DNA of 64,000 nucleotides from the human T2T-CHM13v2.0 reference genome, Homo sapiens: the NCBI RefSeq assembly GCF_009914755.1, contig NC_060926.1. One strand, 5' to 3'. The translations under genes were made by a program, and so were the position numbers. Position 1 is the first letter of the stretch, and every line of letters starts with the position of its first letter. Below are positions 1 through 15,200 of this stretch, piece after piece. Below the pieces are notes generated by a model, which saw nothing but the letters and a program-made list of their open reading frames with translations, was not told the origin of the DNA and searched no databases.

Positions 1-148
1 CACGCCCGGCTAATTTTTTTGTATTTTTGTAGTAGAGACGGGGTTTCACCGTGTTAGCCAGGATGGTCGCGATCTCCTGACCTCGTGATCCACCCACCTC
101 GGCCTCCCAAAGTGCTGGGATTACAGGCATGAGCCACCGCGCCCGGCC
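1..148 (-). mobile_element. AluY-like (partial, window edge)
   Basis: caccgtgttagccaggatggt...gatctcctgacctcgtgatcc, AluY-type diagnostics. Confidence 0.9.
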
Positions 149-206
149 AACAAACTTATTTTTAATTAGAAGCTGGAAAAGAGTCTCTAATGAAAAAGAA
201 ACACTT

Positions 207-558
<352 letters not shown>

Positions 559-825
559 TTATCCAGTAGGTTACTCTTATTAAAATCTTGCTAAGATATG
601 AAACGGAAAGTGCCATCAGCGAAACTGTCATTAAACTTGGTAAGAGGAAAAAGTATCAAGTTTCGCTACAGTGTTAGAAATGAAAGAAGTATATTATCTA
701 AAACAGGCTGAATTATCTTGTTTTAAACAATCAATTCTATGTGCTATATTCTTTAAAACTGTAATGGAAATCAAAACACTATATATTAACAAATATTCTT
801 TTTAAAAGAAAACAAAAATTGTTTA

Positions 826-1010
826 AGAGTTAAAAGCTTGAACTTTGGAGACAGAGAGACCTGAGTTTGAAACTTGACTTTATCCTTGCTTCCCGGGTGA
901 CTATAGGCAAGTTGTTTAAACTTTCTAAACCTCAATTTCCTATCTTTAAAGTGGAGATATTTATAACGAAACAACACAACACAGTGGCTGGCATATAAAT
1001 GTTCATTAAA
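826..1010 (+). mobile_element. MIR
   Basis: ggcaagttgtttaaactttctaaacctcaatttcctatctttaaagtgg MIR core. Confidence 0.7.
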
Positions 1011-1305
1011 TGTTACATATAATATCATATTATTAGATTATCTGTTGTCCTTAGGTAGATTACGAAAAGCTATACAGGCACTTAAAAGATTGATAATTGT
1101 GTCAAATATTTTTGGAACTTTTTTTAGCAATCTGACTTTGAGAGTCAGTATAGTCTCAGTACAGGGAGGTAACATATGTTGTAATCTTAAAATATAATAT
1201 TAAAATCTCTTCAACTATGTACCATACTCAATACAATTAATGCTAAATATCTTTTGATTGTTTCCAAAAATTGAACTGAATTCTACCCTTAAGAGATGAG
1301 GATTT

Positions 1306-1941
<636 letters not shown>

Positions 1942-2013
1942 TCACCAACGAGGCTATACACAGTATAGTTACAGAAGCTTCAAGATGCAGGAGACCTTAG
2001 AAATAACCTAGGC

Positions 2014-2211
2014 CAGGGCAGTCCAATACAGCAGTCACCAACCACATAAGGCCATTTAAATTGTTAAAATATAATAAAATTAATAATTCTGTTCATCAGT
2101 CTCACCAGCCATATTTCTAATGCTCAGTAGCCACATGTGGCGAATGGCCACCGTATCGAATAGCACAGATACAGAATATTTTCATCATCACAGAAAGTCC
2201 TAGAGGACAGT
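2014..2211. mobile_element. MER33/MER3-like hAT DNA transposon
   Basis: tgctcagtagccacatgtggc...cagaatattttcatcatcacagaaag. Confidence 0.65.
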
Positions 2212-3199
2212 GCATTCGTCTAGAGAAATGGGTCTCAGTTGAGAAATGGGTCTCCATTGAGAGCATATGTGTGAAACCAAATCTTTCAAAATCACATGAC
2301 TTTCTCCCACATGGCTGTCTTGGAGAGTTATGTGGATTCTAGCTCAGGTGCTGATTGCAGGAGATCCAGAGGTGAGGCCCCAGGACTGCAAGAAGGATAC
2401 ACAGGCATGAGTTTCAGCTCATCCCTATGATTAAGTCAGGAAAAGCCTCCAGAATGGATGGCCGGCAACCAACATGTGTTGTTGAGATGGTACACCCCAG
2501 ACTGTACTGATGTTGTACTCTTGTTCTGTTACTTATCTGTCCTGCCCAGGTTGCAAGAATAGGACACCACCCTATTCTAAAACCTCTCTAGCTTCCAGGG
2601 AGGTTTTATCTTGTAATTTATAAAGTTTTCCTACTGAACATCAAACAATGGTGGTGGGAGGCGAGGTGTGTGTGACCTTTCCCATTTAGTCAACTTGGGA
2701 AGCAGTCACCCTTATCAAGGAAAGAAGACCTGGAAGGTGGACCTCAGAGAGAAGGGAGAAAACCATCCTCCTTCACTGTGTGAGTTTGGCCTGGAGCACC
2801 TCCAGGAGAAGTGGGTAAAGAAGACTTGGAGGAGACCTGGGAGGGACCTCAAGGCCATAGCTTGCCTGGGAGCTCTGAGAATAGCGACATCTAGAAGTAC
2901 TTGTAAGTTATTCTTCTGGCCTAGAATTCTTTGGGGGGTTTTTCCCCACCTCTTTGTCCTCAACTCTTCAGAAAGATCTTGTTGAAATTACAGCTTGGTC
3001 TCAGCAGTGTTTGGGGACGGTTCCATAAGCCCGGAGTGGTGGTAGCAGCAGTTACTGGTGGAGGACACAGGGCCTGCAGCAGGTGCTGATCTCTCCAGGG
3101 GCAATGGCAACACACAAGCAACTGGGGGCCCAGTGAGGAGACCAGGACAGAACCTGAAGGACCTGCTGTAGCACACCTGAGAAGCCACATCTTAGGGAC

Positions 3200-3900
3200 T
3201 GAAAGCCACCAAGCGACATTGACTTCCATGACACCACAATCTCCTCGTCCTCCTGGCTTTGTGGTTGCTTCTTCTCAGCGTCTCTCACTGGTTCTTCTTC
3301 CCTCTCCTCCGGAAGTGCACGCATTTTCCAGGCACTCTCTTTACCTCTTCTCTCTCTACACTCTCTTCCTTGGTAATGTTGATCCTTTCCAGGGCTTCAG
3401 CCACCAACTCCACCTATGCCCCTAGCCCATGCCCCCTCCTGAGTTCCAGCCCTCAGAGACCACCTGACCATGGAATCTCTTCATTTGAAAGACCTGCAAG
3501 CACTTCAAGCCCAATGTGTCCAGACTCATCATCACCTTCCTCTTCTTCACCCTCCATGTCCAATTACTGCCAAATTCAGTCAAGTCTACCCATGCAATTT
3601 AACCTCCTATTTCCATTATGAGTTCCCTATTTCAAAACTGCACCGGCTTTGACTGGAAAACTGAAGTCCCCTCTGAAGTGGTCAGTCAAGCCCCCTTCCA
3701 ACCTGTCCTATTTGATGCTAACAGGATTATGGTCCTAAATTATATATTATAGGTATGAGCATGTCTGCCCCTTCTCTAAACACCATAATAAATGGATTTC
3801 TTCAAATCCCATTTTGTGTCCTCCTGCACCCATTTTCAGTGCACAAAAAATTCTCTAAACTCCTTTGAATTCTCCAGCCCTATACTTTGCTACAGCCCAT
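3200..3900 (+). mobile_element. Degenerate L2 fragments
   Basis: Pyrimidine-rich L2 3' region motifs (cctcctgagttccagcc, aatgtgtccagactc). Confidence 0.55.
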
Positions 3901-6169
3901 TCAGTCAATCCCCCAAGTCACACTTCCTCCATGTTACTTGACATCCTCAGTCAATTTCACCTTCTCCTTCCCTACACACAAGGTGGGTGGCTGCAGCTCT
4001 ACAGTGCATTTCCTGCAGGCTGCCTGGTACTGCAGGCGCTTGCAGGAGGGTCCAGCTCCTCATTAGACCACCAGGGCAGTGTGATACCACACAGAACACC
4101 CACCCAAAGGCTAACAAGATCATGGCTGTCACATCTCCCACAGGGCCATGAAATATAGACCTTGCTGAGCGTTTCAAGTGGCTTTGAGGGAGGTTTATCA
4201 TTTAATTTATAAAGTTTGCCTACTGTACATCAAACAGAATGAGAAGATCACCAATGCTAACTCAGTGACCTGGAATTTAGAGTCTGCCAGAGCCTGACAC
4301 CAAAGTCATGGACTCTACCCTTGGATTGCCCCTGCCAGGAGGAGGGCAGGAGATGAATGCATCAGCAGGTGAATCAGGGGAGAAGAGCCATAATGCAAAA
4401 AATTGAAAAAAAATCTATAAAAAGTACAAAAAATACAACTTTGGACACGGGTCTCAGCTGTGGAAAGCTGAAAGCCAGCAGTAGTTGACTAGAGATACTG
4501 CAGCATGTGGTTGATTTGACAAAATAGCTAATTTGACTGAGGGCACAGTTTAAGTTGCAGGAGGTTTAAAAAAAGAGGCGGACATCATCACCCATGCTAC
4601 CTTCCCCCAGAACACACTGACACTGTCACTACCACCAGAGGCAAAAGCACAGGGAGAAAAGCAGAGGGACTGTTTGAACGAATAAAGGGAAGGTTGAACC
4701 CACTATCATTTTGCACCCACTAAGAATTGAGACAGCAGAATTAAAACTGCCAAAGGAAAAACAATGTCTGGCCCAGAGCAAGAACTCAACAAAGTTCTGA
4801 GGAATGAATAAACATGGACTTGCCTTCTCATGTACTCATACATTCATTTACTGAACATCTATTTGATATGCTCATATCGCTGTCATCAAAACCACCCATT
4901 CTAGACTCTGAGAGGCATCAGACTGTCTGCAATGGCAAGAGGTCATGTGGAAAACGCATTGCTCACTGGGCGCTCTGGCAGAGACAGCTGACAGCCTCTC
5001 ACATGCACAGATCACAATTGCACCTCAGTTACATGGTCTCCAGGAGTTTCTACTTTACCAAGCACCACCATGTACATTCTCTCATTTGACCCTCATAACA
5101 CAAATAATCCATGTCAGTTCCATTCATAGGACTCATCAGTGACTGCTCATTTCACCAAGGATAGAATAGAAGCTACTTAGCCAGGGTTCATTTGTAGAAG
5201 GATGTTTTTGCCTACCATGTGCCAGACACTGACCTTAGGTTCTAGGTTCACAGGAGTGAGCCCAAAAAGTCCCCCCGCTCTTGGTACTTACATTCCAGTG
5301 GCTGACCACATTCCCACTGATCTAGCCTCAGGCCACCTGCCCATCCTCTTCCCCTGACTCCCCCTCCCTTCACTCCAGCCACATGAAACCTCAGGAAGTT
5401 TGCTGAGCATGGCCTGCTAAGCAGCACCACACCAACATCGTCACCCACGGTCACCTGTTTGAGACACCCTTGCTCCCTTCTCCAACTGGCTAATTCCTCC
5501 TGGGCCACCCAGCTCACGCAGATCTGGGCATTGCTACTCAGGAAAGCTTTCTCACTGCCCCTCCTCGGCCTAGCTCCCCTCACACTCAGGTCTTCTGCAC
5601 ACACGCCTCCATCCTGGCCATGTGGAGGGATGGTCTGCAGAGAGGTTAGTTTGTGGTTATGGTTCTTCCTTTAATAGGTATAATTTTCTTACTTTTGCTG
5701 AACATCAGCCATTTGGGACCACTCTGTATTTGTCTCCTCCGCCCTGATCTTCTCTGGAGACCCACAACCTTCCCTAAAAGTCCCACAGAACACCACACAG
5801 CATCTAGGGGTAGAAGCCAGAGCCTTTGCCTCGGGGCTAAACTGATCCATATAATCTCACTTTCCTGCACGTAATAATTGATTTAGAGAAGAGAATCTGA
5901 TCCTAGTTGGTCTAACTGAAGTCCAGACATTTTGTTGCGCCATGGTGGGGCAAGGCACTTGGAATCCACATGAAGGATGTAACCCTCAGAGCTGCTAGCA
6001 GCCAGCTGGCGACCCTGGCGGATGCCTGGCTGAGGATAGGGCCAAGACAGTGATAACAGAGCTGGGATCTGGATCCTGAGCACACTGTGTAAGGCCTGGA
6101 CTACTCACTTACAGAAGCCAGACTCGCTACCCAGCCCCTCTCCCCAGGACCCAAGGAAGTTTAGGCTGG

Positions 6170-7625
<1,456 letters not shown>

Positions 7626-7837
7626 TGAGCCTTTACACACTTTCCTCAGGCACTTTTATTATATGACACCAGAAGCAGAATCTTCCAGAAGGCGATCTCT
7701 CACTCTGTTTGCAAAAGCTTAGACTCATTGACTTAACAAGAGGAGATCAAAGCGTGTTTTGGAGTGAGGAAGCAGAAGTCTCTGAGGTTTGGAGGTCAGG
7801 ACAAAGGTGATGTCCAAGGGGGCTATCAAGAGTGAGA

Positions 7838-8132
7838 GGCAGCTGGGCGTGGTAGCTCATGCCTATAATCCCAGCACTTTGGGAGGCTGAGGCAGGTGGT
7901 CACTTGAGGCCAGATGTTTGAGACCAGCCTGGGCAACATAGTGAAACCCCATCTCTACTAAAAATACAAAAATTAGCTGGGCATGTTGGCAGGCACCTGT
8001 AGTCTCAGCCACTTGGGAAAGCTGAGGCACAAGAATTGCTTGAACCCGGGAGGCAGAGGTTGCAGTGAGCTGAGATCACACCATTGCACTCCAGCCTGAG
8101 CAACAGAGAGAGACTCTGTCTCAAAAACAAAA
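7838..8132 (+). mobile_element. Alu (S/Jb)
   Basis: Dimer with TSD aagagtgag. Confidence 0.9.
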
Positions 8133-8789
8133 GAGTGAGGGGCTGATGCCCCATTCACACCTGAGAAGTGGCCAGGCTCCTGGGACAATCCAGAGAGGAA
8201 GAGGGCTCTTTTCATACAATTCATGGAGTTTCTCTTTATCCAAAAAACTCTTCTACACTCCCCAAATGTGACTCAACTTTCCAAAGTAACTAAGTTGTTT
8301 AAACTGTGGTTCCATAGCAAAAATGTCAGTCAGCCTTAAAGACAGGAATGATTAAAATCATGTCCCTTGCTGCACACACACATTACATTTTTGTTTGACC
8401 ATGAGGTTGATTTTAAGTACTAGAGAGTCGCTAAAACTGAAAGAAATTTTAGATGCCTTGGAAATTATGGGGTTTTATAATAGGCAACTAACAGAAACAG
8501 TGCCTGTCTACCTTATGTGAGCAAGAAGGTGAATAATTTAGAAATCATTTAATATGGAATATGATTCATGTTTTATTAACAAGTCAAAGTGATGACAACA
8601 AAATTAACCAAATGGAAAGACATCTCATCTTGTAGTCTCTTATTACTTTATTCAATAGGCCTTAAGGAGCTTCTGACCATTTCTTAAGGACAGAAGCCAC
8701 AGGATATTTTGCTGTGAACATGACATTCATCCCCCTGCTTGCACATTTACACACATACACTGGACTGCAGCGGCTGACCACATGAACTT

Positions 8790-9125
8790 TGAGGGTAGAT
8801 AGATACTTCCTATCTTGGGCAAATAACTGACCCCCTGGAAAGCTCAGTTTTCTTATCTCCAAAATGGGAAAAATAGTAACTTCATAGGTTGTTATAAGTA
8901 TTAAATAAAATTATCAATTTAAGAGAATCCTTAGTATAGGGCATAATATGAACAATAATAGCTAAAATTGAGTTCTTGGCACTATCTTAATTATGTACTT
9001 TATAAGTGTCAGGTCATTTCCTGTAAATAAGTATGAGAGAGGAAGATACTAATTCTCGGGTGCCTTTATTGTGCTAATGAAGAAACTGAGGCCCACAGTC
9101 ATACAGCTACTAAGTGCCCAGGCTC
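8790..9125. mobile_element. Two MIR fragments in opposite orientation
   Basis: ctcagttttcttatctccaaaatggg and gaagaaactgaggccca cores. Confidence 0.6.
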
Positions 9126-9309
9126 ACATACCATGGAAAGGCAATGCACGGCAGCTATCATGACTAAATACACACATGCTATGTTAGGTTTTCGAGGATG
9201 GTTACAAAGGAAGGCTTTAATTTCAAGTTTTTTTAAGAAAGCATTCTATCTAACTTGGTATGTGGTAAAATTTGACAGTGATGCAAGATGCTTAAAAATT
9301 AAGTCAATA

Positions 9310-9413
9310 CGAGTTGATGGGTGCAACAAACCAATATGGCACATGTATACCTGTGTAACAAACCTGCACTTTGTGCACATGTACCCCAGAACTTAAAGTA
9401 TAATAATAAAGAA
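9310..9413 (+). mobile_element. Severely 5'-truncated L1PA 3' end
   Basis: atggcacatgtatacc...cagaacttaaagtataataataa; perfect TSD aaaaattaagtcaata (9294-9309, 9415-9430). Confidence 0.9.
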
Positions 9414-9458
9414 TAAAAATTAAGTCAATAGTACTGCAAACTTAACATCCCTAAACAA

Positions 9459-9684
9459 GCTCGGCCAACATAGTGAGACCCCGTCTCTAGAAATAAAATA
9501 AAATAGCCAGACATGGCGGCACGTGCCTGTAGTCCCAGCTAATCAGGAGGCTAAGGCAGGAGGATCACTTGAACCCAGAAGGTGAAGACCTCAGGGAGCT
9601 ATGATGGCACCACCGCACTCGAGTCTGGGCAACAGAGGAAGACTCCCATCTCTAAAAAATAAAAAAATTAAAAATTAAAAAAAC
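9459..9684 (+). mobile_element. 5'-truncated AluJ (host of the exonised segment)
   Basis: Alu right arm with J-type ggaggatcacttga. Confidence 0.88.
9565..9651 (-). CDS. FAM124B: Probable Alu-derived alternative coding exon of FAM124B (short isoform C-terminus RWESSSVAQTRVRWCHHSSLRSSPSGFK*)
   Basis: Antisense AluJ poly-T gives acceptor tttttag|AGA TGG at 9652/9651, in phase 0 with the 10183 donor; 28 codons then TGA (9567-9565). 244+28=272 aa, the length I recall for the short FAM124B isoform. Exon 3' end not determined. Confidence 0.7.
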   Translation of the reverse strand, partial: RWESSSVAQTRVRWCHHSSLRSSPSGFK

Positions 9685-9947
9685 CATATCTAAACATAAG
9701 TATGACTTCAACTTCCTTAAGTCAGATTAGAAGAGCTTGTGACATTCCTGAGCCCAAAGAGTAAACAAAGGATAGGGGTATAGTTGATGGGCATTTAAAC
9801 GGCAAGCCTGAGAAAGGAGGCCGATTCTTTAATAGGATTCTGATCTTTATAGTAGAATCCTGTCTGATTCTACTATAAAGTACTTGTGTCAGCTGCAAAT
9901 TCATGGAATCTGAACTTTCTTATCTGTCAGATGAGATTTTATGAGAT

Positions 9948-10109
9948 CAGTGATTCTCAACCCTGTTACAGATTACAGTCATCCAAGAAGCTGTAAAAAA
10001 GTTACCTAGGCCTGGATGTTCCCAGAGATTCGGATCAAACTGCCCTGGGGTGGGAATTTATGAAAGACCCTAAGGGACGCTAATATGCAACCAAGTCTGA
10101 GAACCACTA
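9948..10109. mobile_element. MER5A-like DNA transposon
   Basis: Termini cagtgattctcaa...tgagaaccacta. Confidence 0.7.
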
Positions 10110-10182
10110 GCTTAGGCCCATTCCGATGTAAAATTACACAGCTCCATGAGCCTCTACAAGATCTGAGACAAAACAGAAATAC

Positions 10183-10914
10183 CTGAAGCAGAATCTTGTT
10201 GCCATCGTAGTCCTGAGTCTGCCACCTGGTGCTGCTGATAGGCATGCATGGATTGGGTAGCAGAGGCACTAACTGGCCGATCTCTTGAACCTTAAACTGC
10301 AGCACCGAAGACTCTTTGGGGTCCACTGACATTCCCGGGGGCAGCTGCTTCAGGGAGAGCTGCAGAGCAAAGCTCTTGGAGGCATAGAGCACGAAGAAAC
10401 AAAAATTGCTCTTTTGCAAGGTCGCTTCTCTCTGCAGGATCATCTCGTAGAGTCTGATGGCGTCTTCATAGTTATCAAAACTGCAGTACAGCGTCACCCT
10501 CAGGATCTCGGAGCCACAGTGCACCTGCCTCACCCCCCAGATGGGCAGCTGACTGTCCAGGCTGTAGAACTCCTGATTGGCAAAAAAGTAGGGACACAGC
10601 CTTCCCCGAGTGTCCTGGGTGGGGTAGCACTGCCATGGCGAATGCTGGAGAGAGTCCAGGACGCGAAATAGCCTATCCTCTCCCGGGCTTTCGTGCAGGA
10701 AGAGCAACACGGACATCCCTGGAAACCGGGACCGCTTGGAATGGGACTTTTCACAGTATTTCACAGGACTGGCCCGTTCAGACACCTGAAAGAGCCGGAC
10801 CTCTGGGCAAATGCAATCCAGGAGCTGGTCCAGAGTCCTCTGCAGAAGGGAGCCGTGCCCAGAGTTGGCAAGAAGATGGACAGTCATGGCCAGAGGCCCC
10901 TGTGTCTCATCCAT
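10183..10914 (-). CDS. FAM124B: FAM124B large coding exon (codons 1-244, FAM124 domain); gene continues beyond the left edge of the window
   Basis: Translation MDETQGPLAMTVHLLANSGHGSLLQRTLDQLLDCICPEVRLFQVSER...WQTQDYDGNKILLQ is recognised as FAM124B. ATG at 10914 (tccATGG); phase-0 donor CAG|GTATTT at 10183/10182. The ORF-track extension to 10006 is intron and MER5. Confidence 0.96.
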
Positions 10915-11320
10915 GGAGGAACTGCCTGAGGCTGACAAAGACAGCGTGTGTAGAAGGCCCACTGTTCAAGTTTCTGAAATGAATGAAGAAGCGGCCCAGC
11001 CTTCAGCCCGCCTGAAAACCTTCAGCTGCAGCGGCTACTTCTGAGCAGAGCTCTTAACCAGACTAACACGTGCTCCTGGCCACCCGTGGACTTACAGCAA
11101 GAGAAGCTCACACCAGCTCGGGTTCAGCAGCCTCCCTCTCCACACAGCAGCAGTGGGGTCACGTCATCCAGCTTGTGCATAATGTAACTGCTTGTGTTTA
11201 GCCTTTTCAGGCGTTCCCCAGGGTTTCTGCGTGACCTAAAAACCTATAATCCTGAGAAACACCCAAATGGGCGGCTCTTATAGACACTTAGTACAGGAAA
11301 TGACCGGCCAAAAAGGAACA
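10915..11320 (-). promoter_or_regulatory. FAM124B: FAM124B 5'UTR and proximal promoter
   Basis: Repeat-free sequence directly upstream of the ATG; no upstream ATG in 10915-11140; CRE-like TGACGTGAC (11158-11166); ETS core acaggaaatg (11293-11302). TSS inferred near 11140. Confidence 0.6.
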
Positions 11321-11786
11321 TGAGTTGGCTCTGTTAGGCTGATAGCAATCTGTTTAGTTGAAAAGACATCCATTTTATCAACTTACAACGGGTTCTCATT
11401 TCCTACTTACGGTTTACAGTAGCCTGCTCCACCAATCTGAATACAATGACTTCTTGAAAACAATTCTCAAAACCTGACCCTTTGCCAGTTTTTTTTTTCC
11501 TTTGTCTCTTTATTTCATTTTGTTTCTGAACATTTTCTGCTAGGGCACGAAGAGAAGACTTTATCTAAATAATTTTGACTTCACTGAAAATTATTTGCTG
11601 TACCGAAAATTCTGAGTGTACTAAAAAGACATTGAGAAAATTAGTCTTCCTTTATTCACGCAAATTCTTTAGAAAGAGTGAGAGCTTTCCAATAATTGCT
11701 CATATAATTATAATAAATAATTATAATTAACAATTGTAATTATAATTTTTAGTGTCTAATGAGGATCTACTATGTACCAGTCATAA

Positions 11787-12116
<330 letters not shown>

Positions 12117-12475
12117 TAAATTAATTTAATCTTGCAACAAACCTATGAAGAAGAGATTACTAGCCCCAAATTACAGATGAAGAAACTGGGGCATAGAAAG
12201 GCTAGGTAACTTGCCCAAGGTCTCACAGCTAAGAAGTAGCTGAAGGATGATTTGAACCCAGGAACTTGCTGCACTGCCTCTCTGGGGCCTTGAAGTCCCA
12301 GCCTGGGTATTCTTCTTCTAAGGAAAAGATATAAAAGCAAGTTCTGGTTAAGGATCTAGATTTGCAGACTCTTGAGCTGTTGAATCTTAAACGGAATAAT
12401 CTTCAATGAGAAAGTTGTCAAGCTCTAAACACTCACCCTAAATGTGTTCTAAATATTGATTTAAAAATTATTTGT

Positions 12476-12790
12476 GGCCACGCATAGTGGCTCACGCCTT
12501 GATCCTAGTACTTTGGGAGGCCGAGGCGGGTGGATCACCTGAGGTCAGGAGTTCGAGACCAGCCTAGGCAACATGGCAAAACCCCGTCTGTACTAAAAAT
12601 ACAAAAATTAGCCGGGCAAAGTGGAGCATGCCTGTAATCCCAGCTACTCAGGAGGCTGAGGCACAAGAATCACTTGAATCCAGCAAGTGGAGGTTGCAGA
12701 TCGCACTACTGCACTCCAGCCTGGGTGATAGAGCAAGACTCTGTCTCAGAAAATAAAAAATAATAAAAATAAATAAATAAATAAATATTT
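12476..12790 (+). mobile_element. AluSx
   Basis: Dimer with (TAAA)n tail. Confidence 0.9.
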
Positions 12791-12883
12791 TTAAAAAATC
12801 ATTTGCTCTCCTGATAGCTGTGCTCCTCAACAGGTATGAACAAGCACTTTTTCTAAACACAATTCTTTTTAAAAGAGGCAATT

Positions 12884-13076
12884 GGACCAGGCAAAGTGAC
12901 TCACAACTGTAATTTCAACACTTTGGGAGGCCAAAGCAGGACAATCGCTTGAGCCCAGGAGTTCCAGGCTGTGCTGACCTAAATTCATGCCACTGCACTC
13001 CAGCCTGGACAACAGAGCAAGACCCTGTCTCAAAGAAAAAAAATGTACTTCAAAAAGGGCTGTAAAAAATTAAAAT
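12884..13076 (+). mobile_element. FLAM/Alu monomer
   Basis: Monomer; TSD aaaagaggcaatt (12871-12883, 13077-13089). Confidence 0.75.
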
Positions 13077-14419
13077 AAAAGAGGCAATTTATGAATCCTT
13101 ATAATGAAACACAGTGTGACAATTTTTTACATTAAAAAATACTTTTGTGATGAAAAATATAACAACTTTTACTTTATATATCTGGATTCCTTTAATAGTA
13201 TAACAACCTAATTTAAAGTAAAATATTATTATCCAAGAAAAGGAGTTATTTCTATTCAGATTCACTATGTAAATCTAACGTACAATTCTAATCATTTGTG
13301 TTTCATAATTCCTGTACTTTTTGCATGGGAAAAATACATAAATACAATTTATAACAGAGGAATTGTTTCCTAGTTATTGTGAGCAGCTCAGTAATTAAAT
13401 TCATCTTGTTTCAACTTTTAAAAAAATCATTAGAGGTTTTTTTTTTGGCATTACAAATCTCAAGCTTTTTTAAAAAAAACTCGACAGCATTCATGTTATG
13501 CATTGGCATTGGAAGCAGATAACTTTCTCATCTCTCAGTGTGAACACTCTCCCTTCCGCAACCCTTCCATTCACAGAGCTGATTGTACTTTAGACAAAAC
13601 TATAGTTTTTGAAATAGGCTTTGAAATTCTGGAAATAACTCTAAAGATTTGAGGAGAAAAATTGTTCCCCTGAAACCACGATATTAACTCACAACATTTT
13701 GTACAAGGTAAGTATTAAAGCTCTTACATAGGAAAAGATTTTGTTTCTTGATATTATCTTCCATCTAATGCTGAAAATACACTTTTTTCCTCATGAGGTT
13801 GTCATTTCTTTCAGGATTGAAAAGATTTCATTAATCTGTTGGCAGCCAAAGTGCCAACAAATCCAAGGGGCAGGAGGCCAGGGAAGAGGGGGACCAGCCT
13901 CATTTCTGACTGGCTGTCTCTGTGATTATTTCCCCAGGAACAACGTGAAATACTGACTGACCTTCCCCAAACCGCCTCCACCTTTGGTCACTGCCTTCCA
14001 CCCACAACAAATGCCAGATTCTCAGCTGTGCAGCACAACAGTGTTTTAGCATGGTGCTTCTGTTGAAGGCACAGACAAAAATACTAAGGGAAATCATCAG
14101 CTGTGACTCTCAGCACCCGGACAGCTGTCACTCCAATTCTCTATCTTATTTTTCTTAAACTTGGCAGGCAATGATGCCCAGGTTTCTGCAGTCATCAGCT
14201 CCTGGATGGCAGATGGTTGGTCCACTCCTCACAGCAAATGGAGAGGCTGGTGATGAGTCGCTCAAGCAAACCTAGAAAATCCGAGGCTCCATTGGAACCC
14301 ATGAAAATCCTCGGGGATTTGTCCTTTCTACAAAATACAATGGGATGCATTATAACCTCGAGATTCCCACCCACCCCCAACCCAGGAAAACTCTGAGAAA
14401 AAGTTTCTTTCCATCTTTA

Positions 14420-15200
14420 ATTTATAAAATATGTTTATCTCACATGTCAAGAGCCAGGCGTTGCACCAGGAGCAGAAGATAGAATCGTCACCATCCCCCA
14501 CTTTGGAGGGGCACCCTAAATGATGCAGTCAGTGCCATGATAAAGGGTGCTGCAGGATGTATGGAGACCCCATGGGGAGACACTGAGTTAGACGAGGGGG
14601 CCAGGACTGTCACACACTGGTGCAACTGCAAGCAGTTCAAGGTGGCTGGAGTGGAGGTTCAATGAAGAGGAGGGTGGAAGGAAGCCAGGGGCCTGATCAG
14701 GAAGGGCCTTGCAGAACACTTTATTTGAATCTGACCAGAACCACCTAAAAGTCAGTATGAAAAGGGAAGTGATGCTTTGAGGAAGCCACGGACACAGCAA
14801 GATATGCAGTCAAAGGACAGGTTTGTTGGCTGGTTGGATGCAGGCAGAAAACCGTGGTGGCTAGTCCAGGAGGCATTCCAGGGTGGTACTTGCAGATGTT
14901 TGGGTGAAGCTGTCAGTCACCAGATAAGGAATACTGGAAAGGAGGGCAGTTAGGAGTGAGGATGAGGAGGGCAGGGTGGTTGTGTTGTGCATGGATGCCC
15001 GTGGGATGGCCAGAGTTGAGATGTCCAGTGGCCTGTTCACTACAGCTTTGAAGGGAACAGTAAACCAGAGAATAGGAATTGGGGAACTGCTGGTCTTCAG
15101 GCAGCCATGGGAAAGGATGTGACTACCCATAAAGAGAAGACACAACAAGGACAGAAGAAGGAAGAGGATAGGATTCCAGGAGTACCCAGTTTAAGAGACA
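14420..15200 (-). mobile_element. Degenerate L2
   Basis: Purine-rich antisense L2 motifs (gagttgagatgtccagtgg). Confidence 0.55.

Noticed and set aside
10006-10182. C-terminal extension of the 318-aa ORF (VFLFCLRSC...NIQA)
   Set aside because: Lies past the splice donor at 10182 and runs into a MER5 element; intronic read-through.
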